Shown one piece after another: positions 35,853-47,136 of a stretch of 64,000 nt of DNA. Position numbers and translations under genes: made by a program. Where the stretch lies: NCBI GenBank assembly GCA_050633245.1, contig JBOEGD010000004.1:141866-205865 (forward strand), written 5' to 3'. Every line of letters begins with the position of its first letter. Within the stretch, counting starts at the first letter, position 1. This DNA comes from Calditrichia bacterium (GTDB taxonomy: Bacteria; Calditrichota; Calditrichia; RBG-13-44-9; J075). The notes under the pieces are model-generated. The model saw nothing but the letters and a program-made list of their open reading frames with translations. It had not been told where the DNA came from and did not search any database.

Positions 35853-37307
35853 CTAGCGTACGCCACCTTGCATTTTACTGATGGCTTTTGTGAACAGTAA
35901 GAAAATTGTTCCGGCAATTATTCCGGTTAATGCAACGTTCGTAAAAAGCTGATCTAAAGGCAGGTTATCGAATTGTCCACCGATAAGACCGGCAAACAGA
36001 TTTCCGAGTGCCGCGCCAAGAAACCAGATACCCATTGCCTGTCCGGCCAGTGGTTTTGGTGATAACTTGGTCACCGAGCTTAGCCCAACCGGACTAAGAC
36101 AGAGTTCTCCGACCGTATGAAAGAAGTATGTAGCTATTAGCCAGCCCATTCCAACCTTTGCACCATCGACAGTATACTGTGAAGCCCATGCCATTACCAG
36201 AAACCCGACGGCAAGCAGAAGCAAACCAAGACCGAACTTGGTGGCAATATTAGGCTCTTGGCTTCTGTTGCTGAGCCAGACCCATAGTGAACCGAATATC
36301 GGAGCAAATATAATTATAAAAAGGGCGTTTACAGACTGTAGCCACCCAGCGGGAACAAGGAAGCTTCCCATCATTCGTTCTGTCATGTCATTTGCGAATA
36401 AATTTAAAGAAGAACCAGCCTGCTCAAAGCCGGACCAAAAAACGGCTGCGCCAATGAACAATAAGAAAACTACACCCAAACGTTTTTTCTCTGCTGCATC
36501 CCATTGAGTAGAAGCCCATTGTGCAAGAAACCAAAGAATACCCAGTGCAAGACCAAAGTAACCGATGTATTCGGCGATCTTGGTTAGATCCCATCCGGCA
36601 GTCTGATGCAGAACTGCAAAGATGCCACCGATGGCTACAAGTGCAATTACACCAAATGCGAGCTGACGCATAAGTGCCGAACGAAGTTCACCGGTCGGTG
36701 GTTCAATTTCGCCTGCGCCTTCAAGATGTTTCATACCTCTTCTGTATTGGACAAGACCAGCTACCATTCCCACACCGGCTGCACCAAAGCCCCAGTGCCA
36801 GCCAAAGCTCGGATTCTCGCCCAGATAACTTACGATGATTGGCCCAAGAAAGGCACCAAGGTTAATTCCCATATAGAAAATCGAGAAGCCGGCGTCGCGT
36901 CGCGCGCCACCTTCTGGATAGATGTCACCAACAATTGCCGATACGTTTGGCTTTAGCAGGCCGGTTCCGACAACGATTAGCATAAGTCCCAAATAAAATG
37001 TTGCCTGCATTGGGACGGCCATGCTGAAGTGGCCCAGGGCGATGATGATACCGCCATAATAAACCGCCATTTTTTGGCCAATGAGCTTATCGGCAATCCA
37101 ACCACCCGGTAATGCAAGAAGGTAAACAAGCGCTGTATACATCCCGTAAATTGCACCAGACAGTTCAGTTGTTAAACCGAACCCACCAGTGCTTACTTCA
37201 GCGGTAAGAAATAAAATCAATATGGCGCGCATTCCATAGTAGCTGAAGCGTTCCCACATTTCGGTAAAGAAAAGAACGGGTAAGCCCCGAGGCTGATCCT
37301 TGAACAT
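35853..37307 (-). CDS. Proton-dependent oligopeptide transporter (POT/PTR family)
   Basis: EMWERFSYYGMR, GGWIADK, GTGLLKPN, FYMGINLG, ELCLSPVG. Confidence 0.93.
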   Translation of the reverse strand: MFKDQPRGLPVLFFTEMWERFSYYGMRAILILFLTAEVSTGGFGLTTELSGAIYGMYTALVYLLALPGGWIADKLIGQKMAVYYGGIIIALGHFSMAVPMQATFYLGLMLIVVGTGLLKPNVSAIVGDIYPEGGARRDAGFSIFYMGINLGAFLGPIIVSYLGENPSFGWHWGFGAAGVGMVAGLVQYRRGMKHLEGAGEIEPPTGELRSALMRQLAFGVIALVAIGGIFAVLHQTAGWDLTKIAEYIGYFGLALGILWFLAQWASTQWDAAEKKRLGVVFLLFIGAAVFWSGFEQAGSSLNLFANDMTERMMGSFLVPAGWLQSVNALFIIIFAPIFGSLWVWLSNRSQEPNIATKFGLGLLLLAVGFLVMAWASQYTVDGAKVGMGWLIATYFFHTVGELCLSPVGLSSVTKLSPKPLAGQAMGIWFLGAALGNLFAGLIGGQFDNLPLDQLFTNVALTGIIAGTIFLLFTKAISKMQGGVR

Positions 37308-37610
37308 ACGTGTGATCTCCCAGAAAAAGTTGAATGGAAATATTCCGATTAGATTTGCCAAATGTTATTGCAGGATAGTGCTATTCGAGGTTATGTTGAT
37401 TAGCAATAATCCCTTTGGCGTTCAGCCCCCTCATGCAATAATTAACACCGAAGCAGAACGCATGTTCCATTCTATCTGTTGATAGTAGTCGTAAAAGAAC
37501 AACCGAATGTAAGGAAAACCAGCAACTAAACCAAAAATAAATAGGTGGGTAGGGCAGTTGTAAATGTTGGCCTATCTACCAGTTAAGCAAGCGAGATATG
37601 GAGGGCATGT

Positions 37611-38045
37611 ATGTTCTATGAAAGAATACGAGACGGGTATAAAGTTGTTACTGATCTTCAGAGCCATAATCTTGATGTAATCCACGGCTATTTAAGCCGC
37701 TCTTATTGGGCAAGTGGTGTACCGCGCGATCTTGTGGAAAAAGCGATAAAGCACTCATTGTGTTTTAGTTTGTACAAAAACGAAGAACAAATAGGCTTTG
37801 GCAGAGTGATTACAGATTATACGTCCATTGGTTATCTGGCGGATGTGTTTATTTTAGAAGGTTATCAGGGCAGGGGATTGGGTAAGTTCTTGGTGCAGTC
37901 TATTCTGGATCATCCGGAATTACAGACGCTACGCAGATTTATTCTGGTCACAGCTGATGCGCATGAACTCTATCGTAAGTTTGGCTTTGACAGCCCGGAA
38001 AAACCTGAAATGTATATGGATATGTGTCCGGCGAGGACATGGTAA
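37611..38045 (+). CDS. GNAT family N-acetyltransferase
   Basis: SYWA, QIGFGRVITD, YLADVFI...YQGRGLGK, DAHELYRKFGF. Confidence 0.88.
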   Translation: MFYERIRDGYKVVTDLQSHNLDVIHGYLSRSYWASGVPRDLVEKAIKHSLCFSLYKNEEQIGFGRVITDYTSIGYLADVFILEGYQGRGLGKFLVQSILDHPELQTLRRFILVTADAHELYRKFGFDSPEKPEMYMDMCPARTW

Positions 38046-38050
38046 TGCCA

Positions 38051-38107
38051 GGTCGCTCATTTCATTCGCTGGTAGGTGGTTGGTCGCTCATTTCATTCGC
38101 TGGTAGG
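38051..38107 (+). repeat. Tandem direct repeat, 26 bp identical, 31-bp period
   Basis: ggtcgctcatttcattcgctggtagg at 38051-38076 and 38082-38107. Confidence 0.9.
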
Positions 38108-38142
38108 GAATAACGAACGGATACTGCCTACTGCCTGTCCAC

Positions 38143-40857
38143 CTATTTCCATCGGCTAATGCGTTTGGAAGCTCCCAACTTATTTTGCTTAAGTGATTGG
38201 GCACGTGCTCGTAGCAGGATTTGCATTCCGGCAATCGTTTTGGTGTAGTGGACACTGGCTTCGCCAACATATTCTTTCCAGCGTTTTTCAAATTTGCTTG
38301 CTTGCTGTTTGTTGCGAGCCAGCAAGGTCGGGACAGTATGATAAAATTCCCGGGTAATACCACCTGAAACCAACCTCCTTACCAGCAGATAACGCGGATC
38401 GCGAATTGGATCGAACAGTTCACTAAATGCCTCAAGAAAAATAGTCTCTTCGTAATTCGTCCCGCCCTTTAGCGAAATGTAAATCAGCCCGTTGCTCTGG
38501 TAAATGGGGAGCGTTTCGTAATTGTAATCCCTGGATAATATGTTACAATCTTTCAATGTCTTAATCAGAGCATCTGCTATTTGTTCCAGGTCTTTACGTG
38601 TCGTATCCCAGGATATCTTCTCACGTTGAAAATTCATTTTATACTTCATACCGGGATTAAACATGTGCCAGACACTGGTTGTTATGCCAAGTCCTGCAAT
38701 CCATGGAAATGCTGCGGGAAACAGACTCCACGCAAAAGGCAACGCGACTAAAGTGGTTAAAGCCGTTCGACTAAATTGGGAAACCGCTTTTACAACCAGC
38801 TTCTGAGTAGCAAATGTGGGAATTCTCTTTCCGGGGATTGCTACTTCGTCGCGCTTTCTTGGTGGTGTGGTGGTGTGTCTTGTAATCGTCTTTCCTACTT
38901 GCAGTGCCTCTTCCCAACGTTTAGCGTGGAGTGAGCGTTCCGTCGCCGCTTTAGTCATAATCTGGTTATGGCTGCGTATTTCTTCTTTAGAAAGAGCTGT
39001 TTTGGCGAGATTCATTCTCTCCAGTCCGTTCTCGATGGTAGTGTCGTTAAAACTTAAGCCCATAAATGTTTTGAATCGCGAATCGATCCGTCTGATATCC
39101 GGGCCCGGATCACCACTGGTGCTGATGGATGCGAGATGCCAAATATTTGATGACTTGTCTCCATCGTTTGCAACGGTGCGCAGTGCACGTCCACGCATCT
39201 GATTTGATGAAACATGAGAACCCACATTGTTTGCCAGAATCAGCGTGCTTACTACGGGAGCATCCCAACCCTCGCCGAGCAGCGCTCGCGTGCCTACCAA
39301 GACGGTCACGGCCCCCATTGTGAAAAGCTCGGTGACGATGGCAACGATGTGTTGACGGTTTTGATCATTGCACTCCAATGTAAAAAAGCCGCGATCGTGC
39401 GGCAGTTGTTTCATGCGCATGTCTGCTAAGGTAATGCCATAGCGAGACCCGGCAACGACTTCAAGCTCAGATAATGCGTTTGCCGGCAGGACAACCAAAG
39501 AGCCACAGAGTATGCCTAAGCGAATTTCTGCTCGGCAATCTGTGCGAAGGGATTCAAAAATTGGCACGACGCCGAGCTTCTGAAAGTTCGACGTTTCTCC
39601 CGGTTGAGGAAATAGATCGAGCCGAATTAAGTCACACAAAATTACCAGGCGAAGATCCTGCGGACGCGTTGCCGCAGCCTCTTTTTCAACAATTTGCAAA
39701 ACGCTCTGTAGTTTATTCGGATCTCGAAGCAGCACTTTGTCTAGGTTCTCGGTTGAACTAAGCTTGATCTGCTTATTCTCAATGGCTCCGATCTTGCGCA
39801 GCAGCCGGCGAATGGCAACAAGAATCTCCTGTTCTTCTTCCGTATATTCATCAAACCGTTCGTAAATGCATTCATTGAGTAGCCTTTCGAGCCAGAACTT
39901 GTCGAGAGGAGGAATGTCCGTTGCTTCTACGTCCAGAAGGCGACATAAATAAAGTTGGGGTTCGACAAGGACTTCATTAAGAAATACCAGGAGAGCGAAG
40001 AAAAACTCAGAGTGTTTAGTAATCTCGCGAAACGCTTCGTTGCGAAGTTTCTCAGCATCTTCAGAGGTGTCGGTGAGCTTCTTAAGAAATGGCGTTTCCT
40101 GCATTAAAAGTGTGAAGGCGCCATGGTTTTTTATGTCTTCAACAAAGCTATCGACACTGCTGCGAAAGCTATCGATTGCTTGTTGGCCGCTGGCGGTTGG
40201 GGGAGAGAGGAAAATAAAGTCCTGATGCGGACATAAGCTGTATTCAAGCATCATCTCGGGAATAGATATCTCGGCATCGATTGGCCCGCATAGTTCAATA
40301 TAGCGTTCCCACTCACTTCCGGAAACGTCGTAGGGCGGTGTGGCGGTGAGTGCCACGACGGTATGCTCACCAATGTGCTTGCGCAGGCGGTCCATGCTTT
40401 TCCACCATTCCTTCTGCAAATGGTGGGCTTCATCGACGATTAATGTATGGATGTTCTGCCCGCTTAACGCTTGAAGGACTGCTTCTGCACGTTCGGCCTT
40501 TTTGACGCTGTTTTTTCGATGACCAAGAATTGCATGCAGGCTTTGATAGGTCGAAACCGTAAAAAATGCCGGTGCATCCAGTGAGGTGGAAATCCAGTTT
40601 GGGGGCGTTTGCAGCTGCAAAAACAGCTCGGTGAAGCGCTCTACCCATTGATTGCGTATCGTCAATGTGGGGGCTAGTGCCAGCGTCGGTTTACCGAGAT
40701 GACGCATGATTTCAAGGCCCAGCACTGTCTTGCCGGAACCAGGTGGAGCAACAACATGCAGGCGATCGTCACTTAGATGCAGCTCAAGCTCTTCCAAAAC
40801 CCGCTTCTGATACGGCCGCCAGGAGAACTTGAATGTTGCGTCTTGGAAGTAGTTCAA
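38143..40857 (-). CDS. SF2 DEAD/DEAH-box (ResIII-like) helicase with C-terminal hydrophobic segments
   Basis: WRPYQ, APPGSGKT, APTLTIRNQW, DEAHH, LTATPP, EGWDAP, QMRGRALR; start uncertain (TTG 40857 or GTG 40908). Confidence 0.85.
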   Translation of the reverse strand: MNYFQDATFKFSWRPYQKRVLEELELHLSDDRLHVVAPPGSGKTVLGLEIMRHLGKPTLALAPTLTIRNQWVERFTELFLQLQTPPNWISTSLDAPAFFTVSTYQSLHAILGHRKNSVKKAERAEAVLQALSGQNIHTLIVDEAHHLQKEWWKSMDRLRKHIGEHTVVALTATPPYDVSGSEWERYIELCGPIDAEISIPEMMLEYSLCPHQDFIFLSPPTASGQQAIDSFRSSVDSFVEDIKNHGAFTLLMQETPFLKKLTDTSEDAEKLRNEAFREITKHSEFFFALLVFLNEVLVEPQLYLCRLLDVEATDIPPLDKFWLERLLNECIYERFDEYTEEEQEILVAIRRLLRKIGAIENKQIKLSSTENLDKVLLRDPNKLQSVLQIVEKEAAATRPQDLRLVILCDLIRLDLFPQPGETSNFQKLGVVPIFESLRTDCRAEIRLGILCGSLVVLPANALSELEVVAGSRYGITLADMRMKQLPHDRGFFTLECNDQNRQHIVAIVTELFTMGAVTVLVGTRALLGEGWDAPVVSTLILANNVGSHVSSNQMRGRALRTVANDGDKSSNIWHLASISTSGDPGPDIRRIDSRFKTFMGLSFNDTTIENGLERMNLAKTALSKEEIRSHNQIMTKAATERSLHAKRWEEALQVGKTITRHTTTPPRKRDEVAIPGKRIPTFATQKLVVKAVSQFSRTALTTLVALPFAWSLFPAAFPWIAGLGITTSVWHMFNPGMKYKMNFQREKISWDTTRKDLEQIADALIKTLKDCNILSRDYNYETLPIYQSNGLIYISLKGGTNYEETIFLEAFSELFDPIRDPRYLLVRRLVSGGITREFYHTVPTLLARNKQQASKFEKRWKEYVGEASVHYTKTIAGMQILLRARAQSLKQNKLGASKRISRWK

Positions 40858-40862
40858 TAGTC

Positions 40863-40925
40863 GGTTGCTCGCTGTATTTGCTGGTAGTAGATAGTTCGTT
40901 CGTTTCACTTACTGGTAGTAGATAG
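40863..40925 (+). repeat. Degenerate tandem copies of the same 31-bp-period repeat
   Basis: ggttgctcgctgtatttgctggtagtagata and gttcgttcgtttcacttactggtagtagata; each 19/25 identical to the 38051 unit. Confidence 0.7.
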
Positions 40926-40930
40926 ATGAA

Positions 40931-40958
40931 TCATCAATCATAATTCATAACTCATCAA
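40931..40958 (+). repeat. Heptamer tandem repeat (TCATMAH x4)
   Basis: tcatcaa tcataat tcataac tcatcaa. Confidence 0.7.
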
Positions 40959-40963
40959 TTTCA

Positions 40964-43900
40964 TCAGTATCCCAGTATCGGCGTCAACCAGCGTTCTGTC
41001 TGTTCAACAGTGAGTCCAAGACGCTTTGCATAACTTTCGACCTGATCTTTACCAATTTTTCCAATACCGAAATAATGTGCCTCCGGATGAGCAAAGTAAA
41101 AACCGGATACTGCTGCAGTTGGAACCATCGCGTTACTTTCAGTAAGTGTTATTCCGGTATTCTCCGTAGCGCTTAGCAGCTTGAATAAATCGGTCTTTAG
41201 ACTATGGTCAGGGCATGCCGGATAGCCTGGTGCTGGTCGAATGCCTTCATACGATTCAGCAATTAGTTCCTCGTTAGACAAATCTTCACCCTCTGCATAG
41301 CCCCAGTAGTGGCGACGCGTTCGCTCGTGCATGTATTCCGCCAGTGCCTCGGCAAGACGATCTGCCAGTGCTTTGGCTAATATTGCCTTATAATCATCAT
41401 TATCTTTTTCAAACTTCTCCACGATAGCATCCAAGCCTATGCCGGTTGTTAGCGCAAATGCACCAATGTAATCCTTCGGGCCATCCTTTGCGGGAGCAAC
41501 GAAATCTGCTAAACTCATGTTGGGACGACCCTCTTGTTTTTTCATTTGCTGGCGCAGCATTGGAAAACGTTTAATAACTTCGTTTCGCTCATCATCGGCG
41601 TAGATAACAATATCATCATTTTCCGCAGCGGCAGGAAAAATTCCGATTACCGCGTTTGCCGTCAGCAGTTTTTCTTCAATGATCTCTTCCAAAAGCTCAT
41701 TGGCATCTTCGTATAGACGCGTCGCCTCTTCACCTGCTACCGGATGTTCAAGAATGCCCGGAAAGCTACCCTTCATCTCCCAGGCCTGGAAAAATGGTGT
41801 CCAGTCTATTCTATCGCGCAAGCGCTCCAATGGGATATCGTTAATCACTTTGACGCCATCTAACTTTGGCGTTGGCCGAGGAGAGTTCCAGTCAATCTTG
41901 AAATGATTCTTTTTAGCATCAACATAAGCGGAAAGCTCTCGCGAGGCAATCTTGCGTTGATGAGCCTCCCGAACCTTATTATAGTCTTCCACCAATTCTG
42001 CTGAAAAGTTCTTTTTCTGATCGGAGCTCAATAGCTTTGAAACAACACCCACACTTCGTGAAGCGTCAAGAACGTGGACAATGGGTTCGTTGTACTCCGG
42101 AACAATTTTTACAGCAGTATGTGTTCGCGAAGTTGTTGCACCACCAATAAGTAGCGGTAGCTCAATATTTCGTCGCTTCATCTCTTTGGCTACGTGTACC
42201 ATCTCGTCTAGTGAGGGAGTAATTAGTCCACTCAGACCAATGATGTCAACTTCTTCCTCCAGTGCCTTATCCAAAATGGTTTTTGCCGGCACCATAACGC
42301 CAAGATCAACAATTTGGTAGTTGTTACAGGCCAGCACCACGCCCACGATGTTTTTTCCAATGTCGTGAACGTCACCCTTAACCGTTGCCAGCAAAATTTT
42401 TCCAGCCTTTTCGCCAATCTTGCTTTCTTCTTCCATAAACGGATTCAGGTAAGCCACAGCCTTCTTCATAACGCGAGCGCTTTTAACGACCTGCGGAAGG
42501 AACATTTTTCCCGAGCCAAACAAATCACCAACTACGTTCATGCCATCCATTAGCGGTCCTTCGATAACAAGAAGTGGTCGTCCGTATTTTTGACGTGCCT
42601 CTTCAGCATCTGCTTCAATGTGCTCGGTAATGCCCTTCACGAGTGAATAGCGCAGACGTTCTTCAATCGATTTGCTGCGCCACTCCGCCTCGGCAACCTT
42701 CTTTTTGGGATCACTCCTTAAGTTCTCGGCGTAGGTTACCAAATCCTCAGTCGCTTCATTGCGGCGGTTAAGTAATACGTCTTCCACCTTAGTTAGCAAT
42801 ATGTCATTGATATCTTCATAAACTGTAATCTGACCGGCATTGACAATGCCCATATCCATTCCGGCATGAATCGCATGATAGAGAAATGCAGAATGCATAG
42901 CTTCGCGGACGGTGTCGTTGCCGCGAAATGCGAAGGAAATATTGCTGACGCCACCACTAACGAGAGCTCCAGGGAGTTCCTGCTTAATAAAGCGCGTTCC
43001 CTCGATGAAGTCTATTGCATAGTTGTTGTGCTCTTCAATGCCGGTTGCGACGGCAAATATATTGGGATCAAAAATGATGTCGTGTGGCGGAAAGCCAATC
43101 TCTTCGGTGAGCATTCGATAGGCGCGACTACAAATTGTTTTACGACGTTCCAGACTGTCGGCCTGACCCTCTTCGTCAAATGCCATAACAATAACTGCTG
43201 CTCCATAGCGTCGCGCCAACTCAGCCTGTTCCCTGAAGCTGTCTTCGCCTTCCTTTAAACTCACTGAGTTAACAATACACTTTCCCTGTGCATTACGTAA
43301 GCCTACTTCGATTACCGACCATTTCGACGAGTCAATCATCAAGGGTAACTTTGCGATATCTGGCTCACTTGCAATCAGGCGTACAAACTCTTCCATCGCC
43401 GCCTCAGAATCAAGAAGCCCTTCATCCATGTTGATATCTAATACCTGAGCCCCGTTTTCTACCTGATTTAGTGCTACCTGTAGAGCTTCCTCCATTTTTC
43501 CCTGTTGAATGAGCCGGGAAAAACGACGGGAACCGGTTACATTGCAACGCTCGCCAACGTTTATAAAATTGCTTTCAGGACGTACTGTCAAAGGCTCCAT
43601 GCCACTGTATTGTGGGAGTTGAGAGATTTCAGGTAGCTGGCGTGGTTTCTTGTCAGCCATTACCGTATTGATGGCATTAGTAAATTCTGGTGTGCTGCCG
43701 CAGCAGCTTCCAACAATATTTAGAAAGCCACTTTCAGCAAATTCTCCAATCAATTCTGCCATCTCCTCAGCGGTTTGGTCGTATTCACCAAAGGCATTCG
43801 GCAAGCCGGCATTTGGATAACAGCTGATGTAAACCGAAGAGAGTTGGGAGAGTTCTTCGATATAAGGACGCATTTCAGTTGCACCCAGAGCGCAATTAAT

Positions 43901-44641
43901 TCCGATACTGAGCAAATCAGCATGTGCAACAGACACGCAGAAGGCTTCCAATGTTTGCCCGGACAATGTGCGACCGCTGGCATCAACAATCGTTACGGAC
44001 AGCATAATCGGAATAGATTTACCGGTGTCCTTCATAAACTCATCGATTGCAAAAAGTGCTGCCTTGCAGTTGAGCGTATCGAAAACTGTTTCAACTAGAA
44101 GTATGTCGACACCACCGTCGACCAGCCCACGAACTTGCTCATAATATGCGTCGCGCAATTCTTCGAATGTAATGTTGCGAAAGGCAGGTTGATTTACATC
44201 GGGTGAAAGGGATGCGGTGCGATTGGTTGGCCCGAGTGCACCGGCAACATAGCGCGGCTTCTCGGGTGTTTTTAACGTGTACTCATCGGCGGCTTTGCGC
44301 GCCAGGCGTGCTGCAGATAGATTGATTTTATAAACCTGATCGACAAGGTCGTAGTCAAGCATGGATATAGCATTTGCACTGAAGGTATTCGTTTCAGCTA
44401 TGTCTGCTCCCGCCTCAAGATATTTTCGATGAATGTCTAAAATAACATCAGGCCGTGTTAAGCAAAGCAAATCGTTGTTGCCTTTAAGATCTAAGGGATG
44501 ATCACTAAACAGATCGCCTCGAAAATCATCCTCTCCTAATTCATAACCCTGAATCATGGTGCCCATAGCACCGTCAAGAATTAGAATTCGCTCGCGAAGA
44601 GCCTGGTGTAGCGGGTGATCGGGGTAAAATTTATTCTTCAT
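40964..44641 (-). CDS. metH: Cobalamin-dependent methionine synthase
   Basis: [51 protein letters not shown]. Confidence 0.97.
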   Translation of the reverse strand: MKNKFYPDHPLHQALRERILILDGAMGTMIQGYELGEDDFRGDLFSDHPLDLKGNNDLLCLTRPDVILDIHRKYLEAGADIAETNTFSANAISMLDYDLVDQVYKINLSAARLARKAADEYTLKTPEKPRYVAGALGPTNRTASLSPDVNQPAFRNITFEELRDAYYEQVRGLVDGGVDILLVETVFDTLNCKAALFAIDEFMKDTGKSIPIMLSVTIVDASGRTLSGQTLEAFCVSVAHADLLSIGINCALGATEMRPYIEELSQLSSVYISCYPNAGLPNAFGEYDQTAEEMAELIGEFAESGFLNIVGSCCGSTPEFTNAINTVMADKKPRQLPEISQLPQYSGMEPLTVRPESNFINVGERCNVTGSRRFSRLIQQGKMEEALQVALNQVENGAQVLDINMDEGLLDSEAAMEEFVRLIASEPDIAKLPLMIDSSKWSVIEVGLRNAQGKCIVNSVSLKEGEDSFREQAELARRYGAAVIVMAFDEEGQADSLERRKTICSRAYRMLTEEIGFPPHDIIFDPNIFAVATGIEEHNNYAIDFIEGTRFIKQELPGALVSGGVSNISFAFRGNDTVREAMHSAFLYHAIHAGMDMGIVNAGQITVYEDINDILLTKVEDVLLNRRNEATEDLVTYAENLRSDPKKKVAEAEWRSKSIEERLRYSLVKGITEHIEADAEEARQKYGRPLLVIEGPLMDGMNVVGDLFGSGKMFLPQVVKSARVMKKAVAYLNPFMEEESKIGEKAGKILLATVKGDVHDIGKNIVGVVLACNNYQIVDLGVMVPAKTILDKALEEEVDIIGLSGLITPSLDEMVHVAKEMKRRNIELPLLIGGATTSRTHTAVKIVPEYNEPIVHVLDASRSVGVVSKLLSSDQKKNFSAELVEDYNKVREAHQRKIASRELSAYVDAKKNHFKIDWNSPRPTPKLDGVKVINDIPLERLRDRIDWTPFFQAWEMKGSFPGILEHPVAGEEATRLYEDANELLEEIIEEKLLTANAVIGIFPAAAENDDIVIYADDERNEVIKRFPMLRQQMKKQEGRPNMSLADFVAPAKDGPKDYIGAFALTTGIGLDAIVEKFEKDNDDYKAILAKALADRLAEALAEYMHERTRRHYWGYAEGEDLSNEELIAESYEGIRPAPGYPACPDHSLKTDLFKLLSATENTGITLTESNAMVPTAAVSGFYFAHPEAHYFGIGKIGKDQVESYAKRLGLTVEQTERWLTPILGY

Positions 44642-44802
44642 ATACTTGTTCTCCGTAAGAAAAATCTAGACGCTTTAAGCTTATCGATTGAAACTGTCGG
44701 ACAGCTCAAAATATAATACGATGAACCTTTCAAAAAAATAGTATTTAATCATCTCAATTTTTCGTCGATAACTCATGCAACGCTTAACAGGGAGAGTTGA
44801 TC

Positions 44803-46164
44803 ATGGCAAGGATGTCGATCGAGCGGATTCTTCATTTTTTGAATCCTTTATATGTACAGTTTCGCGGCCTGACAGTACGGTTGCTAATGCTGATCTTAGT
44901 AGTACCCAGCCTTATGTTTGCTGATTCGGAAACCATGTGGATTAAGAATGATCTAAATTCACGTTTACCCTCAATTTATGTTGATAGCTGGACTGGCACA
45001 TCAGATGATGGCAAAAGTTATGTCTGTCTTTTTGTCGAATTATCCCCGCTGGATATGCAGTTTCTTCGTGCCAATAATAAGTTTGTAGCGAATTATGAAA
45101 TTGACATCTCTATTTGGGATGAGCAAAAACAGCGCGTCAAGAATAAGATTTTGAAAGATAGCGTGCTCGTTGACAGTTATGAAGAGGCGGCTGATTATAA
45201 TTGGAATCGATTATATCGCGCTGCCTTTGAACTTCCGGATGGACGTTTTCAGGCAATGATTGAGATTGTCGATAAAAATATCGGAAAGTCCGCACTTATG
45301 CAGCAGGATATTCTGATGAATAGTGAAGCTGTTGCGGGGATTGATGCCAGCGATATCCTGATTGCTCGCAGAGATGCCTATGGATCTACTGACACGGGTA
45401 AAGAAGATTTTGGGATTTTGCCATATCCCGGGAAAATTTATGGAGTAGAGCAGGCAGAAGTTTTCTACTATTTCGAGATATATGCGCCACAGGCATCGGT
45501 TTCTGACTCAGTAACCTACAACACGTTTGCAGTAGGGCCGGATAATAAGCAAACTCTTGTAAATAGCGGCCGCGTCAGCGTAGCTGCCGGTAAGGTGCCG
45601 GTTTTGCATAATATCCGTGTTGCAGAACATTCTCCCGGAACCTATAGGTTAACCGTTGAGGTTGATACGCCGGATGGAATTTATCAAATTGAACGTCACG
45701 AGAAGTTTACAGTCCACCAAAACCCACTTGATCTGCGTTTCAAGCCTTATGCCAGAGTGTTAAGTGAGCTTGAATATATGGCTAGCGAAGAGGAGTTGGA
45801 GAAACTGCGCTGCGTGCCGGAGGGAAGCAGACAGGCTGCCGTTTATCGTTTTTGGGCAGACCGTGATCCCACGCCGGGAACGGAGAAGAATGAACTGTAT
45901 CTGGAGTATTACGAGCGGCTCTATATTGCCCAAAGACTGTATTCGGTAAACGACTCTGACAAGAATGAAATAACTGATCAGGGGAAGATATTTATCATGC
46001 TTGGGGCACCGGATGAGGTGTTGAAATATGCGGGTAAGGTTGACACTTTTTCAGATACTCAGGTTTGGAAATACGATTCGCAGCATCTAAAGGTTGTTTT
46101 CAGAGATGAAATTGGTGGCGGAAATTATCGTCTCATTTCGCCGTACAGTTTGCTGGACAACTAG
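44803..46164 (+). CDS. GWxTD-domain protein (divergent motif)
   Basis: FWADRDPTPGTEKNE..LEYYER...TDQGKIFIMLGAPD; start uncertain (44797/44803/44812). Confidence 0.75.
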   Translation: MARMSIERILHFLNPLYVQFRGLTVRLLMLILVVPSLMFADSETMWIKNDLNSRLPSIYVDSWTGTSDDGKSYVCLFVELSPLDMQFLRANNKFVANYEIDISIWDEQKQRVKNKILKDSVLVDSYEEAADYNWNRLYRAAFELPDGRFQAMIEIVDKNIGKSALMQQDILMNSEAVAGIDASDILIARRDAYGSTDTGKEDFGILPYPGKIYGVEQAEVFYYFEIYAPQASVSDSVTYNTFAVGPDNKQTLVNSGRVSVAAGKVPVLHNIRVAEHSPGTYRLTVEVDTPDGIYQIERHEKFTVHQNPLDLRFKPYARVLSELEYMASEEELEKLRCVPEGSRQAAVYRFWADRDPTPGTEKNELYLEYYERLYIAQRLYSVNDSDKNEITDQGKIFIMLGAPDEVLKYAGKVDTFSDTQVWKYDSQHLKVVFRDEIGGGNYRLISPYSLLDN

Positions 46165-46169
46165 CTTAG

Positions 46170-47003
46170 TTATGGGATTCGGTCGAGAAGTGCTGTTGCA
46201 AAACGCGCAGCACTTTCCGGCACCCGTGTTACAAAGAGCTCAGGTTCTATGAGCTCCAATTCCATGAGATAAAACTTATCGTCTTTCATCAGGCCGTCGA
46301 CGCGAGCATATAGAGGCAGGGGAGAAAGTGTGGCGAGTAGTGCGGTCGCTGCCTGCATGGCCTCGTTTGGTGGAGCATGTACCTCGGCTATTCCGCCAAA
46401 GTCGTTCTGCACCCTGAAGTCTCCGGCTTTTGGTCGCTTAAGAACAGCATGGCTGTAGATACCGTTGAAAAACATGAGTGACCACTCACCACCAGTGATT
46501 TCTGTAAAGAATGGCTGAACCAGTACCTCAACGGTGCCCGCCGCCTCTGCAAAAGCCGTCTCCGATATTGAATTGAGTAAAACCGTCTTATGAGCACTTG
46601 CAGAAACCAGCGGCTTGACAACTGCTTTTTCTGAATTGTGGCTTTGTAGAAATGCCTTTACTTTACGATATTCATGACGCATTGCTATTATTGAAGGAAC
46701 AATTCTCGTGTTTAATTCAAGCAAATAAGATTTGTTCATATTCCAAAGAATGGTTTCAGCAGAGTTGAATACCGGGATGGCAGACTCTTGAAGATTGCTC
46801 AGCCACGATTGAAATTGCGCTTCTTTTAAATGATAATTCCAGGTTGAGCGAATAACAATGGCATCAAAGTCCCGAAAATTGGCGGCGGCATCCCAGGGAA
46901 CGGCGGAACACTGAACATTAACGGGGAACGCCTTAGCAACCAACGCATCGCTTGGAGTGAGTTCCGGACCGCCTGAGAAAGTAGCGAAAGCAATTTTTTT
47001 CAT
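46170..47003 (-). CDS. ATP-grasp fold protein (RimK/glutathione-synthetase-like)
   Basis: RSTWNY, WNMNKSYL, VVKPLVSA, GDFRVQ..FGG, YARVDG, MELELIEP. Confidence 0.8.
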   Translation of the reverse strand: MKKIAFATFSGGPELTPSDALVAKAFPVNVQCSAVPWDAAANFRDFDAIVIRSTWNYHLKEAQFQSWLSNLQESAIPVFNSAETILWNMNKSYLLELNTRIVPSIIAMRHEYRKVKAFLQSHNSEKAVVKPLVSASAHKTVLLNSISETAFAEAAGTVEVLVQPFFTEITGGEWSLMFFNGIYSHAVLKRPKAGDFRVQNDFGGIAEVHAPPNEAMQAATALLATLSPLPLYARVDGLMKDDKFYLMELELIEPELFVTRVPESAARFATALLDRIP

Positions 47004-47136
47004 ACAATTCGATAAAATTCATCGTTAATAATTGTTGATACATAATACAATGGTTCATCATGGAATGGAAGATATTCAATCCTGTGAAATATAGTTGAGT
47101 TATTGGTAAATAGCGAAGATTTTGAGGAACAGAATT

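Noticed and set aside
38051-38107. Possible CRISPR array
   Set aside because: Only two units separated by 5 bp, no spacer-length unique sequences and no cas genes in the window
44642-44800. SAM or cobalamin riboswitch upstream of metH
   Set aside because: The short AT-rich divergent region has no recognisable S-box or B12-element consensus
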